Below are positions 18,060 to 26,315 of a DNA stretch of 29,145 bases, piece by piece. The notes under the pieces are model-generated. The model did no database searches, was not told the origin of the DNA, and worked only from the letters and a program-made list of their open reading frames with translations. A program made the translations under genes and the position numbers. The DNA is from Halobacteriaceae archaeon (lineage in GTDB: Archaea > Halobacteriota > Halobacteria > Halobacteriales > Halobacteriaceae): assembly GCA_042216675.1 (NCBI GenBank), contig JBDGTS010000050.1, forward strand, positions 1 to 29,145. Reading direction: 5' to 3'. Position 1 is the stretch's first letter, and every line of letters starts with the position of its first letter.

Positions 18060-18641
18060 TCACTCGAAGAACGCGAGGCCGTGAATCCGGCTGTCGCCGG
18101 TGAGTTCCGGGTGGAACGCTGTGCCGACGACCGGTCCCTCGCGCACGGCGACCACCTTCTCGTCCACGGTGGCCAACACCTCCACGTCCGGCCCCGTCTC
18201 GGCGACGGCGGGGGCACGGATGAACACCGCCGGGAACCGGTCGTCGAGGCCCGTCACGTCGAGGTGGGCCTCGAAACTGTCCTTCTGTCGGCCGAAGGCG
18301 TTGCGGTCGATACTCACGTCCAACACGTCGAGCGTCCGCACTCGCTCGTCGTTGGCGTCGCTGGACGCGACGATGAGGCCCGCACACGTCGCCAGCGCCG
18401 GCTTGCCGGCCGACACGTGGTCTCGAATCTCCTCGTCGACGCCCTCGCGGGCCAACAGCCGCGAGATGGTCGTGGACTCGCCGCCGGGCAGGAGGAGGAG
18501 GTCACAGTCCGGGACGACGCCGGCCTCGCGCACCTCGACGACCTCTGCGGTCTCGCCGTGCGCGTCGGCGGCGCGACGGATGGCACTCGCGTGTTCGGAC
18601 ACGTCGCCCTGAACGGCGACGACGCCGGCGCGCAGGGCCAT
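18060..18641 (-). CDS. pdxT: Pyridoxal 5'-phosphate synthase glutaminase subunit
   Basis: AVQGDVSEH, PGGESTT, ATCAG (Cys), RNAFGRQ, FIRAP, FHPE. Confidence 0.97.
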   Translation of the reverse strand: MALRAGVVAVQGDVSEHASAIRRAADAHGETAEVVEVREAGVVPDCDLLLLPGGESTTISRLLAREGVDEEIRDHVSAGKPALATCAGLIVASSDANDERVRTLDVLDVSIDRNAFGRQKDSFEAHLDVTGLDDRFPAVFIRAPAVAETGPDVEVLATVDEKVVAVREGPVVGTAFHPELTGDSRIHGLAFFE

Positions 18642-18642
18642 C

Positions 18643-18798
18643 TCAGGCGGTGATGAGGGTCAGGACCTGCATGCCGACGCCGAACAGGATGCCGAACGCG
18701 ATGACGGTTCGCGGATCGAGTTTGAGGGCCGCGGTGTCTTCCGCGTCGAAGTAGCGCACCAGCCCCGCACTCGACATCAAGCCGCTGTCGCTGCTCAT
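18643..18798 (-). CDS. Preprotein translocase subunit Sec61beta (51 aa)
   Basis: My translation: [51 protein letters not shown], with the [12 protein letters not shown] signature. Below the ORF-track cutoff. Confidence 0.95.
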   Translation of the reverse strand: MSSDSGLMSSAGLVRYFDAEDTAALKLDPRTVIAFGILFGVGMQVLTLITA

Positions 18799-18911
18799 GT
18801 GCCATTAACGTCTCCGTACACCACTAAACCTTTCGTCCCGGCTCCGGTCGCGGCAATCCACGGCGTCTAGGCAACGCTTTTCCCCCCGCCACGGCTAGCC
18901 CGGGTTAGACC

Positions 18912-19181
18912 ATGACGGTGACACTGAAGGACTTCTACGCGGATTGGTGTGGGCCCTGCAAGACCCAAGACCCGATCCTCGAAGACCTCGAGGAGGAGTG
19001 GGGCGACCGCGTGAACTTCGAGAAAATCGACGTCGACGAGAATCAGGACGTCGCCAACGAGTATCAGGTGCGCTCCATCCCGACCATCGTGGTTGAGGAC
19101 GACGAGGGCGTCGTCGAGCGATTCGTCGGCGTCACGCAGGCCGAGGACCTCGAAGACGCCTTCGAGCAGGCCGGCGCCTAG
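18912..19181 (+). CDS. trxA: Thioredoxin
   Basis: DFYADWCGPCK, VRSIPT. Confidence 0.95.
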   Translation: MTVTLKDFYADWCGPCKTQDPILEDLEEEWGDRVNFEKIDVDENQDVANEYQVRSIPTIVVEDDEGVVERFVGVTQAEDLEDAFEQAGA

Positions 19182-19843
19182 GCGAAGCGCACGCCCACGT
19201 CACGCAACTCCTCGTTGTACTGCTTGAGCGTCAACAGCAACGGCGTCAGGGCCTCGATCTCCGACGCGTTCTCTATCGGGCCGGCGTCGAGCGCGCCCAA
19301 CCCTTCGATTTCCTCCGTGAGCGTCGCCACCGTCTCCTTGGCGTCGTCGTCGCCGACGAGGAGGGTGTCCATCCCGAGGCCGTCGTCGAGGTCCGCGAGC
19401 CGCGCCGCCGGGAGATTGTGGTAGGCGCCGACGACCCGGTCGGCGTCGGGCGCGGCGTCGGCGACGAGTTCGGTGACGCTCCCGATGCTCGGCTTGTCGT
19501 AGTTGAAGCCGGTGTCGTCGCGGCTGATACCCACCGCGGGATTGACGAGAATATCGTCGTCCGCCACCGCATCCGCGATGTCCTCGACCACGTTCCGAAC
19601 GTGGTAGGGGGGAACTGCCAGCACGATCACGTCGCCCTGTGCTGCCGCGCCCGCGTTCGTCGCCGCGCCGACGGGTCGCTCGACGCCGCGACTCGCTAGC
19701 TCCGCCTCGTACTCGTCGGCCTTCTCCCGCGCCCGGCCCGCCTCTCGGGAGCCGACGACCACTCCGTGGTCCGTGTCGGCGGCCCACCGGAGGGCGAGTC
19801 CCTCGCCGATGTCCCCCGTTCCGCCGAGGAGTGCGATGTCCAT
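19178..19843 (-). CDS. npdG: NADPH-dependent F420 reductase
   Basis: IALLGGTGDIGEGLA, GSR, VVGAYHNLPA, DAGPI, EALTPLL. Confidence 0.95.
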   Translation of the reverse strand: MDIALLGGTGDIGEGLALRWAADTDHGVVVGSREAGRAREKADEYEAELASRGVERPVGAATNAGAAAQGDVIVLAVPPYHVRNVVEDIADAVADDDILVNPAVGISRDDTGFNYDKPSIGSVTELVADAAPDADRVVGAYHNLPAARLADLDDGLGMDTLLVGDDDAKETVATLTEEIEGLGALDAGPIENASEIEALTPLLLTLKQYNEELRDVGVRFA

Positions 19844-19910
19844 GGGCTCCCTCGATTCGGTCCCACCTAAAGGGTGTTGAACCCGTCTCGGTCCGCGGCA
19901 ACACTGTCTG

Positions 19911-20774
19911 CTACTGCAACAGGTCGGGCAGGTCGTTGACCGACTCGACCACCGCGTCCGCGCCCTCCGCCTCGTACGTCCGGCGACCGTCCTCGCCGGT
20001 GAGGCCGCCCGTCAGTACGCCGACGCCGTAGTACGAGCGGTCGGGGTCCACGTCCGCCGCGTTCCGCGCGGTCCGCACGTCGTCGAGGGTGTCGCCCGCG
20101 AAGACGACTGACTCCGCGTCGAGTCGGTCCGCAAGGGCGATGAGGCCCTCGGGGTCAGGCTTGCCGTTCTCCACGTCCTCCATCGCGACGAGGTGGTCCC
20201 GCGGGACGTCGAGACCGACCCGTTCGAGCGCGATTTCGGCCTCCATCGCCGGCCGGCCGGTCAGGACGCCGCGCGCCCAGTTTTCGAGGACGCGGAGCGT
20301 CTCGGGTTCGACCAGAACCGGTTCGTCGCGCATGTATCCCTCCGCGTCGACGTCGGGTTCGGCGGATTCGAGGTCCCGGTAGAGGTCCGCGCCGAGGTAC
20401 AGTTGCTGGAACACGTCGCGGAGGAGGTCGGTGTCCCACGCGTCGGTCACGTCGGCGAAGGCGTCGGCGTCCAGTCGCTCCTCGACGATGGCTTCGGCGG
20501 CGTCGAGGCCGCCGCCGCGTTCGGCGATGCGGGCCGTGAACGCCTCGACGTCCACGTCGAGGCCGTGTCGCCGCGCGAGGACGAACAGGGCGACGCCGTA
20601 GGTGGCGACCCAGTCGTTGTTGAAGCCGCCGGCGTCCTTGAACCCCTGTACGTCCTCGCGGGCGAGCGTCTCCCCGTACACGCGGTCCACGGTGTCCACC
20701 ACGGCGCGCCGATAGGAGTCGGACACGTCGACGAGTACGCCGTCGATGTCGAGAACGACTGCCTCAGCTTGCAT
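19911..20774 (-). CDS. HAD-superfamily hydrolase (TIGR01548-type)
   Basis: [40 protein letters not shown] 20774. Confidence 0.92.
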   Translation of the reverse strand: MQAEAVVLDIDGVLVDVSDSYRRAVVDTVDRVYGETLAREDVQGFKDAGGFNNDWVATYGVALFVLARRHGLDVDVEAFTARIAERGGGLDAAEAIVEERLDADAFADVTDAWDTDLLRDVFQQLYLGADLYRDLESAEPDVDAEGYMRDEPVLVEPETLRVLENWARGVLTGRPAMEAEIALERVGLDVPRDHLVAMEDVENGKPDPEGLIALADRLDAESVVFAGDTLDDVRTARNAADVDPDRSYYGVGVLTGGLTGEDGRRTYEAEGADAVVESVNDLPDLLQ

Positions 20775-20855
20775 ACTCGCACCTCGAACGGCGTCGGCAA
20801 ATGGGTTGTGCCCGCCGCCGAGGCGTTTAAGCACGCCCCCTCCCTATTCGGCCGC

Positions 20856-21377
20856 ATGCGTGTCGACATCGTGCCGGTCGGCGACGTGCCCGCCTCCGTC
20901 AAGCGGGAGTCGTCGGCGGCACTCAGGGGGGTCTTCGACTGCGAGGTGTCCGTCGCCTCGCCCCAGTCCCTGCCCGACGGCGCCTACGACGAGCGTCGCG
21001 ACCAGTACCGGGCGGAGTCGTTCATCGACCACGTCACCGCCGTCGGGACCGGCGAGAAGACCCTCGCCATCACGACTGCAGACCTGTTCTACCGCCGCCG
21101 CAACTACGTCTTCGGCCTCGCGTACCTCGACGGCCGGGGCTGTGTCGTCTCCACCCACCGCCTCCAGACGTCCTCAGACGGCGGCATCTCCGCGAAGTCC
21201 GACGCCGACGTGTTCTCGGACCGCGTCCGCAAGGAGGTGGTCCACGAAATCGGTCACACGCTGGGCCTCGAACACTGCGACAACTCACGCTGCGTGATGA
21301 ACTTCTCCCCCACCGTCCGCGAGGTGGACGTCAAAGAGGAGCACCTCTGCGGGTCGTGCCAGCGTGACGTGATGTAA
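20856..21377 (+). CDS. amzA: Archaemetzincin Zn-metalloprotease
   Basis: HEIGHTLGLEHC, CVMNFS Met-turn, LCGSC. ATG 20856 after TTTAAG (20826-20831). Confidence 0.96.
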   Translation: MRVDIVPVGDVPASVKRESSAALRGVFDCEVSVASPQSLPDGAYDERRDQYRAESFIDHVTAVGTGEKTLAITTADLFYRRRNYVFGLAYLDGRGCVVSTHRLQTSSDGGISAKSDADVFSDRVRKEVVHEIGHTLGLEHCDNSRCVMNFSPTVREVDVKEEHLCGSCQRDVM

Positions 21378-21379
21378 AT

Positions 21380-21540
21380 CCACTTTTTCGCACGGGGAGC
21401 GGCGCACACCGCGCCGCTCGCCGGCGAAAAACTGGGGAAAACCCGCGCGGCCTCCCGGTCGTCGGCCGCGCTCCCGCTCGCTCCGCTCGCGGTGAACCGC
21501 CAGCCTCGCGTTCGCCGAACCGCTCGGCTGGCGGATGCTC
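21380..21540. repeat. Modular palindromic intergenic element, copy B
   Basis: ccactttttcgc...gagcggcgc-acacc-gcgccgctc...gcgaaaaactggggaaaa; 31 nt identical to copy C (21444-21474); ggtgaac-[9-bp stem]-atgct module shared with copy A. Confidence 0.9.
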
Positions 21541-21678
21541 GTCCTGTCGTGGCGGCGGCGTTGGACGGCTGCGATGCCGAGTGGAGGAAGAGCCGGGACT
21601 ACGACTGAGCGAAGCGACGGAGCAGAAGCCGTGCGGACTGGATTGCCGGCGGCACGGCAGAGCCGCGCCGACCGCACC

Positions 21679-23520
21679 TCACTCCGTGTAGTAGTACTCG
21701 CCCGACGACTTCTGCTGTCGGTCGAGTTGGCTCCCCGGCTTGTTGATGCGGGGGCGGCCCGTCCGCTCGTCGCGGCGGAAGGTCACGTCGAGGTTGGCGA
21801 GGAACTCGTTCATCCCGTCGCGCATGTCGGTGGGCGGGCTGGCGCGGCCGTGTTCGGCCGGCTCGCCGTCGAACACCATCAGCCGGTCCGACACGAGGTC
21901 CACGAGGTAGATGTCGTGGTCGATGACCATCACCGGCTTCTCCTGATTCTCGGCGAAGCGGCGGATGGTGCGCGTGGCGAGGACCCGCTGTTCCACGTCG
22001 AGGTGGGCCGACGGCTCGTCGAGCAGATAGAGGTCGGCGTCCCGCGAGAGGCAGGCCGCGATGGCCACCCGCTGGCGCTCGCCGCCCGAGAGGTCCGTGA
22101 GATGCTGCTCCATGATGCGGTCCAACTGGAGCGGCTGGGCGATTTCGGTGTTCCAGTAGGAGGTGCCGAAGTCGCTCGTAATCGAGGAGAGGAAGGCGTC
22201 GACGCGGATGGCGTCGTCGGCCTCGACGTACTGGGGCTTGTAGGCGATGTCGATGTCCATGTCGAGGCTCGCGCCCGTCTCGCCGGCGACGCTGTCCGGG
22301 TCGAGGCGACCCGCCAGCATCTTCGCGAAGGTGGATTTCCCGATGCCGTTCGGGCCGACGATGCCCAGCACTTCGTTCTCGTAAATCGAGCCCCCCGCCA
22401 CGTCGAGGGCGAACTCGCCCTCACCGTAGGACTTCTGCATCGCGGGGTACTCCAGCAGGGTGTCGGCGGTGCTGACCGTCCGTGGTGCGTGCTCCTCGAA
22501 CGTGATCTCCTGCTGGCGGATGCGCATGTTCTCGTTCGAGAGGTAGCCCGTGAGATACTCGTTGATGCCGTTGCGGGTCGGCTTCGGGTCCGTGATGACG
22601 CCGAACGCGCCCGGCTCACCGTAGGCGACGTGCAGCGAGTCCGCGAGCAAGTCGAGGATGGCGAGGTCGTGTTCGACGACCAGCACCGCCCGGTCCTCGT
22701 CGGCGAGTTCCCGGACGAGGCGGGCCGCGGTCACGCGCTGGCTGATGTCGAGGTACGGCGTGAGTTCGTCGAGGAAGTAGAAGTCGGCGTCGCGGGCGAG
22801 ACACGCCGCGAGCGCCACGCGCTGGAGTTCGCCGCCCGAGAGGCTGTCGATGTGCTGGTCCATCACGGCGCGAATTTCGAGGCGGTCGACGAGGTCGTCG
22901 AGTTCGCCCCGCTCGTCTGTTCGCTCCAGCAGGTCGCGGGTCTTCCCGTCGAAGCGGTCCGGGATGTGGTCGACGTACTGGGGCTTGCGCGCCACGGACA
23001 CGTCGCCGTCGCGGAGGCCCGCGAGGTAGTCCTGCAGTTCCGTCCCGCGGTACTGGGCCATGATCTCGTCCCAGTCCGGCGGGTCGGCGTGGGCGCCGAG
23101 GTTCGGCGTGAGTTCGCCCGCGAGCGCCTTCACGGCCGTCGACTTCCCGATGCCGTTCGGACCGAGCAGCCCGGTCACCTTCCCCGATTCCGGCACGGGG
23201 AGGCCGTACAGTTCGAAGGCGTTCTCCCCGTAGCGGTGGGTCGGCTCGTCGTCGAGTTGCTGGGGGAGGTTGATGATTTCGATGGCGTCGAAGGGGCACT
23301 TCTCGACGCAGATGCCACACGTCTCGCCCAGACACAGCTCCTCGGAGATGCTGACCTGTTCCGGTTCGCCGTCGAACGGTTCGTCGCCGTGGCGCTCTTC
23401 GCGCGTGACGATGCACTCCTCGCCCGTCCGGTTCGGCGGGCAGAAGTTCGCGCACTCGTAGTTACAGCGGTCGGGCTGGCACCTGTCGAGGTCCACGACC
23501 GCGATGCTGTCCTGGGCCAT
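21679..23520 (-). CDS. Ribosome recycling ATPase ABCE1/RLI
   Basis: Two Fe-S motifs (CQPDRCNYECANFCP, CGICVEKCPFDAI), two GPNGIGKST Walker A, two LSGGE signatures, TFRRD...RPRINK. Confidence 0.98.
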   Translation of the reverse strand: MAQDSIAVVDLDRCQPDRCNYECANFCPPNRTGEECIVTREERHGDEPFDGEPEQVSISEELCLGETCGICVEKCPFDAIEIINLPQQLDDEPTHRYGENAFELYGLPVPESGKVTGLLGPNGIGKSTAVKALAGELTPNLGAHADPPDWDEIMAQYRGTELQDYLAGLRDGDVSVARKPQYVDHIPDRFDGKTRDLLERTDERGELDDLVDRLEIRAVMDQHIDSLSGGELQRVALAACLARDADFYFLDELTPYLDISQRVTAARLVRELADEDRAVLVVEHDLAILDLLADSLHVAYGEPGAFGVITDPKPTRNGINEYLTGYLSNENMRIRQQEITFEEHAPRTVSTADTLLEYPAMQKSYGEGEFALDVAGGSIYENEVLGIVGPNGIGKSTFAKMLAGRLDPDSVAGETGASLDMDIDIAYKPQYVEADDAIRVDAFLSSITSDFGTSYWNTEIAQPLQLDRIMEQHLTDLSGGERQRVAIAACLSRDADLYLLDEPSAHLDVEQRVLATRTIRRFAENQEKPVMVIDHDIYLVDLVSDRLMVFDGEPAEHGRASPPTDMRDGMNEFLANLDVTFRRDERTGRPRINKPGSQLDRQQKSSGEYYYTE

Positions 23521-23832
23521 CTATGCGCTCGTGAGGAGGATGCCCCACGTGATGAACCACAGGGCGAACGTCATGAAGAAGACGTAGAGGTTGTCCTTCG
23601 CGCCGAAGTCGCTGACGTCGACGCCGACGAGGCGCATCAGCACCAGGCCGGCGAGGGCGAACCCGCCGAGTGTGGCGAGGGCGAGTGTGTCGCCCGGTCC
23701 CGACGCGACGGCGTCGCTCACCAGCCCCGCCGCGACGCCCCCCAGCGACGCGATGGCGGTGACGACTACCGATTTGATGTGGGGCGCCCGTTCGTCGAGC
23801 GATTGGGGCTCCCCGCTCGTCTCTGTTGCCAT
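23521..23832 (-). CDS. Small three-TM membrane protein (archaeal EMC6-like)
   Basis: Three hydrophobic segments and KDNLYVFFMTFALWFITW tail; abuts ABCE1. ATG 23832 after CTTTTGG. Family recalled. Confidence 0.78.
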   Translation of the reverse strand: MATETSGEPQSLDERAPHIKSVVVTAIASLGGVAAGLVSDAVASGPGDTLALATLGGFALAGLVLMRLVGVDVSDFGAKDNLYVFFMTFALWFITWGILLTSA

Positions 23833-23918
23833 ACGCGCCTCTACGGGGGCGCGACCCAAAAGCCGTTCGCTTGGGTAGCCCGGCACCTTTTTACGGTCCG
23901 CCGCGTTCCCCCCCGTTG

Positions 23919-24170
23919 ATGGGTGTGAAACTGGACGACCTTCCGCCGAGCGCCAAACTCGTGTACAAGGTCCTCGAGTACGACGGACCGATGACACAGA
24001 AGGAACTGGTTTCGGAATCGATGCTGTCCGCGCGGACGGTGCGGTACGCGCTCGACCGGTTGGACGAGCGCGGCGTCGTCGACGAGGAGATATACTTCGC
24101 CGACGCGCGCCAGAGCCTCTATCAGCTCTCTCCCGACCCCTGCTCGTGTTCCTGCGGGCAGGAGGCGTAA
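23919..24170 (+). CDS. Winged-HTH DNA-binding protein (MarR/Lrs14-like)
   Basis: LPPSAKLVYKVLEYDGPMTQKEL...LSARTVRYALDRL...DARQSLY. ATG 23919 after CTTTTTAC. Confidence 0.9.
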   Translation: MGVKLDDLPPSAKLVYKVLEYDGPMTQKELVSESMLSARTVRYALDRLDERGVVDEEIYFADARQSLYQLSPDPCSCSCGQEA

Positions 24171-24172
24171 CA

Positions 24173-24361
24173 CCACTTTTTCGCACGAGGCGCGCCGACG
24201 GTGCGGCGCGCGCCGGCGAAAAACGTGGGGAAAATGCGCGCGGCCTCCCGGTCGTCGGCCGCGCTCCTGCTCGCTCGCTTCGCTCGCTCGCAGTCTTCTG
24301 CCGCCCGGGACGGCCCCGTTGCCGCCCGCTACCGCACCGCTCCCGCTCGCTTCGCTCGCGG
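24173..24361. repeat. Modular palindromic intergenic element, copy C
   Basis: ccactttttcgc...gcgcgccg-acggtg-cggcgcgc...gcgaaaaacgtggggaaaa; 24237-24267 identical to copy B; two (gc-tc)n-ttc hairpins at 24267-24293 and 24343-24361. Confidence 0.9.
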
Positions 24362-24364
24362 TCC

Positions 24365-26227
24365 CTAACTCGGAACGACCGTGATCCGTTGCTCGCGGTC
24401 GATGGCCCGTTCGAGTTCTTCGGCGATGGCGCTCCCGCGCGACACCTGAATGTCGCCGCCGCGGCCCACCGTGGCCGTGAACAGGTACTCCCCGTCGGCC
24501 CGCACTTCGACCGTCTCGCCGGCGTGTTCCTGTCCCATCGGCACGATGACGTGCCGGCCGGTGACTTCCGGCGTCACCACGTCGCCGGCGTGGCCGCCGC
24601 CACCGCCACCTCCGCCACTGCCCGCGTCGCCACCGGCGGCGGGTTCGGGTTTCTCCTCGAAGGTTCGGACGTCGATGTTGACCCCGAGGCGGTCCTCCAC
24701 GTCGGAGATGCGGCCGCCGCCCTTGCCGATGACGTAGGAGATGTCGTCGTCGCTCACGTAGACGACGGCCTCGTTCGGCCCTTTCACCTCGACCTCGACG
24801 GGGCCGCGGACGAGCGACTGAATCTCGCGCTCGATTTCGACCTCCGCGAGGCTCTCGACGCCGCTCGGTTCCTCCTCGGTTTCCCCGAGGGGGACGGTGA
24901 CGACCTGTCGGTTGAAGGTGTAAATCTCGTAGTCCGGCTGGCCGGTCTCGAAGTCCCGAACGAGGATGACCGGGCGGGCGAGGTCTTCCTCCATCAGGCC
25001 CTCGGGGACCTTCACCTCGGTGACCACGTCGTAAATCGTCTCCACCTCGCCGTCCTCGATGAAGACGACGGTGTCGACGACCTGCGGAATCATGCCGAGT
25101 TCGACGCGGCCCACGAGTCGCTGGAGGGCGTCGATGGGGCGCGTCGCGTGGACGACGCCCACGAGGCCGACGCCCGCGAGGCGTATGTCCGCGAACACCT
25201 CGAAGTCCTCCGTCTTGCGCACCTCGTCGTAGATGGTGTAGTCCGGGCGCACCATCAGCAACGAGTCCGCGGTGCGCTCCATCGACCCGCGGAGTTCGGT
25301 GTACTGCGTGATGTCGTCGCTCACGTCGAGGTCCCGGGGCTTCTCCATCGTCTTGATGACGAAGCCCTCGTCGGCGAGGAACTCGGCGACGGACTGTGCG
25401 AACGTGGACTTCCCGGCGCCGGGCGACCCGGCGATGAGGACGCCCCGGTCCCGTTCGAGCAGTCGCTCCCGGAGTTCGTCCGCGTGTTCGTAGTCGTCGA
25501 GGACCGTCTTCACGAGCGGTCTGACCGCCGTGATCTCGTGGGCGTCGCTGAACGGCGGTTCGGCGACGGCGATGCGGTACTCGCCGATTTGGACGATGGT
25601 CATGCCCGGTTCGTCGAAGTCGACGAAGCCGCGGTCCGTGCTCCGCGCCGTGTCGATGATTTCGGCGGCGTACTGCCGCATCTCGTCCCCGGTGAGTTCC
25701 TCGTCGCCGACCTGTTCGAAGGTGATGTCGCCGACGGTACCCCGCTTGGCCATCGGGACGACCCCTTCACGGAGGTGGAGGCTCATCGTCTCCTCGTCGA
25801 AGAACGACTCGATGGTCAGCGGCGTCTCCTCTTTGGCCTCGGGTTCGAGGTAGCGGGTGTCGATGCCCTTGGCCTCGGCCACCTCGCCCTGCACGATGTC
25901 GCTGGTGAGGAAGGTGGCCTCGTGGTCGACGGCCACGTCGCGGATGCGGGCGTCGATGGCGCCCGCGGCGGCGCGTTCGATTTCGCTCTCGCCGGGGCGC
26001 TCCCCGACGTAGTCGAGTTCGATGTCGCCCGCGTCCGCGAGGTCCGCCAGTCGCTGTAGTTCTTCGAGGCCGTCCCAGCCGGTCTGCCGGCCGGCGTTGG
26101 CCTGCGCTTCGAGTTCGCTCACGACCGCTTCGGGAACGATGATCCGCGCGCCCGCCAACTCGCCGTCAGCGACGAGTTCCGACACGCGGCCGTCCACGAC
26201 CACGCTCGTGTCGGGCACAATCTTCAT
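24365..26227 (-). CDS. PINA-type ATPase (PIN domain + P-loop ATPase + KH domain)
   Basis: VPDTSVVVDG PIN motif, GSPGAGKST, RPDYTIYDEVR, GVVHAT, KH IGKGG. Start 26227 fits TTTTATG spacing; alternative ATG at 26236. Confidence 0.93.
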   Translation of the reverse strand: MKIVPDTSVVVDGRVSELVADGELAGARIIVPEAVVSELEAQANAGRQTGWDGLEELQRLADLADAGDIELDYVGERPGESEIERAAAGAIDARIRDVAVDHEATFLTSDIVQGEVAEAKGIDTRYLEPEAKEETPLTIESFFDEETMSLHLREGVVPMAKRGTVGDITFEQVGDEELTGDEMRQYAAEIIDTARSTDRGFVDFDEPGMTIVQIGEYRIAVAEPPFSDAHEITAVRPLVKTVLDDYEHADELRERLLERDRGVLIAGSPGAGKSTFAQSVAEFLADEGFVIKTMEKPRDLDVSDDITQYTELRGSMERTADSLLMVRPDYTIYDEVRKTEDFEVFADIRLAGVGLVGVVHATRPIDALQRLVGRVELGMIPQVVDTVVFIEDGEVETIYDVVTEVKVPEGLMEEDLARPVILVRDFETGQPDYEIYTFNRQVVTVPLGETEEEPSGVESLAEVEIEREIQSLVRGPVEVEVKGPNEAVVYVSDDDISYVIGKGGGRISDVEDRLGVNIDVRTFEEKPEPAAGGDAGSGGGGGGGGHAGDVVTPEVTGRHVIVPMGQEHAGETVEVRADGEYLFTATVGRGGDIQVSRGSAIAEELERAIDREQRITVVPS

Positions 26228-26315
26228 ACTCGTCATAGCCGACGACCAGCCATAAAAGGGTGTCCAAGGCCCGGACCGCGCGGGAACTAAGGCCCGCCCG
26301 GCCCCACCGGCGGGC

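Noticed and set aside
18060-18641. pdxT without adjacent pdxS
   Set aside because: The two genes need not be adjacent; absence from a 29-kb window is uninformative.
21380-21540. tRNA or autonomous IS at the structured intergenic regions
   Set aside because: No cloverleaf or T-loop consensus, no transposase ORF, and no clear terminal inverted repeats with target duplication.
24590-24625. Poly-Gly stretch in PINA
   Set aside because: Ordinary low-complexity interdomain linker.
21535-26059. Plus-strand ORFs of 794 aa and 637 aa
   Set aside because: Antisense mirrors of ABCE1 and PINA.
24365-26227. VapC toxin or secretion ATPase
   Set aside because: PIN + ATPase + KH architecture is the conserved archaeal PINA housekeeping protein; no antitoxin or pilus genes adjacent.
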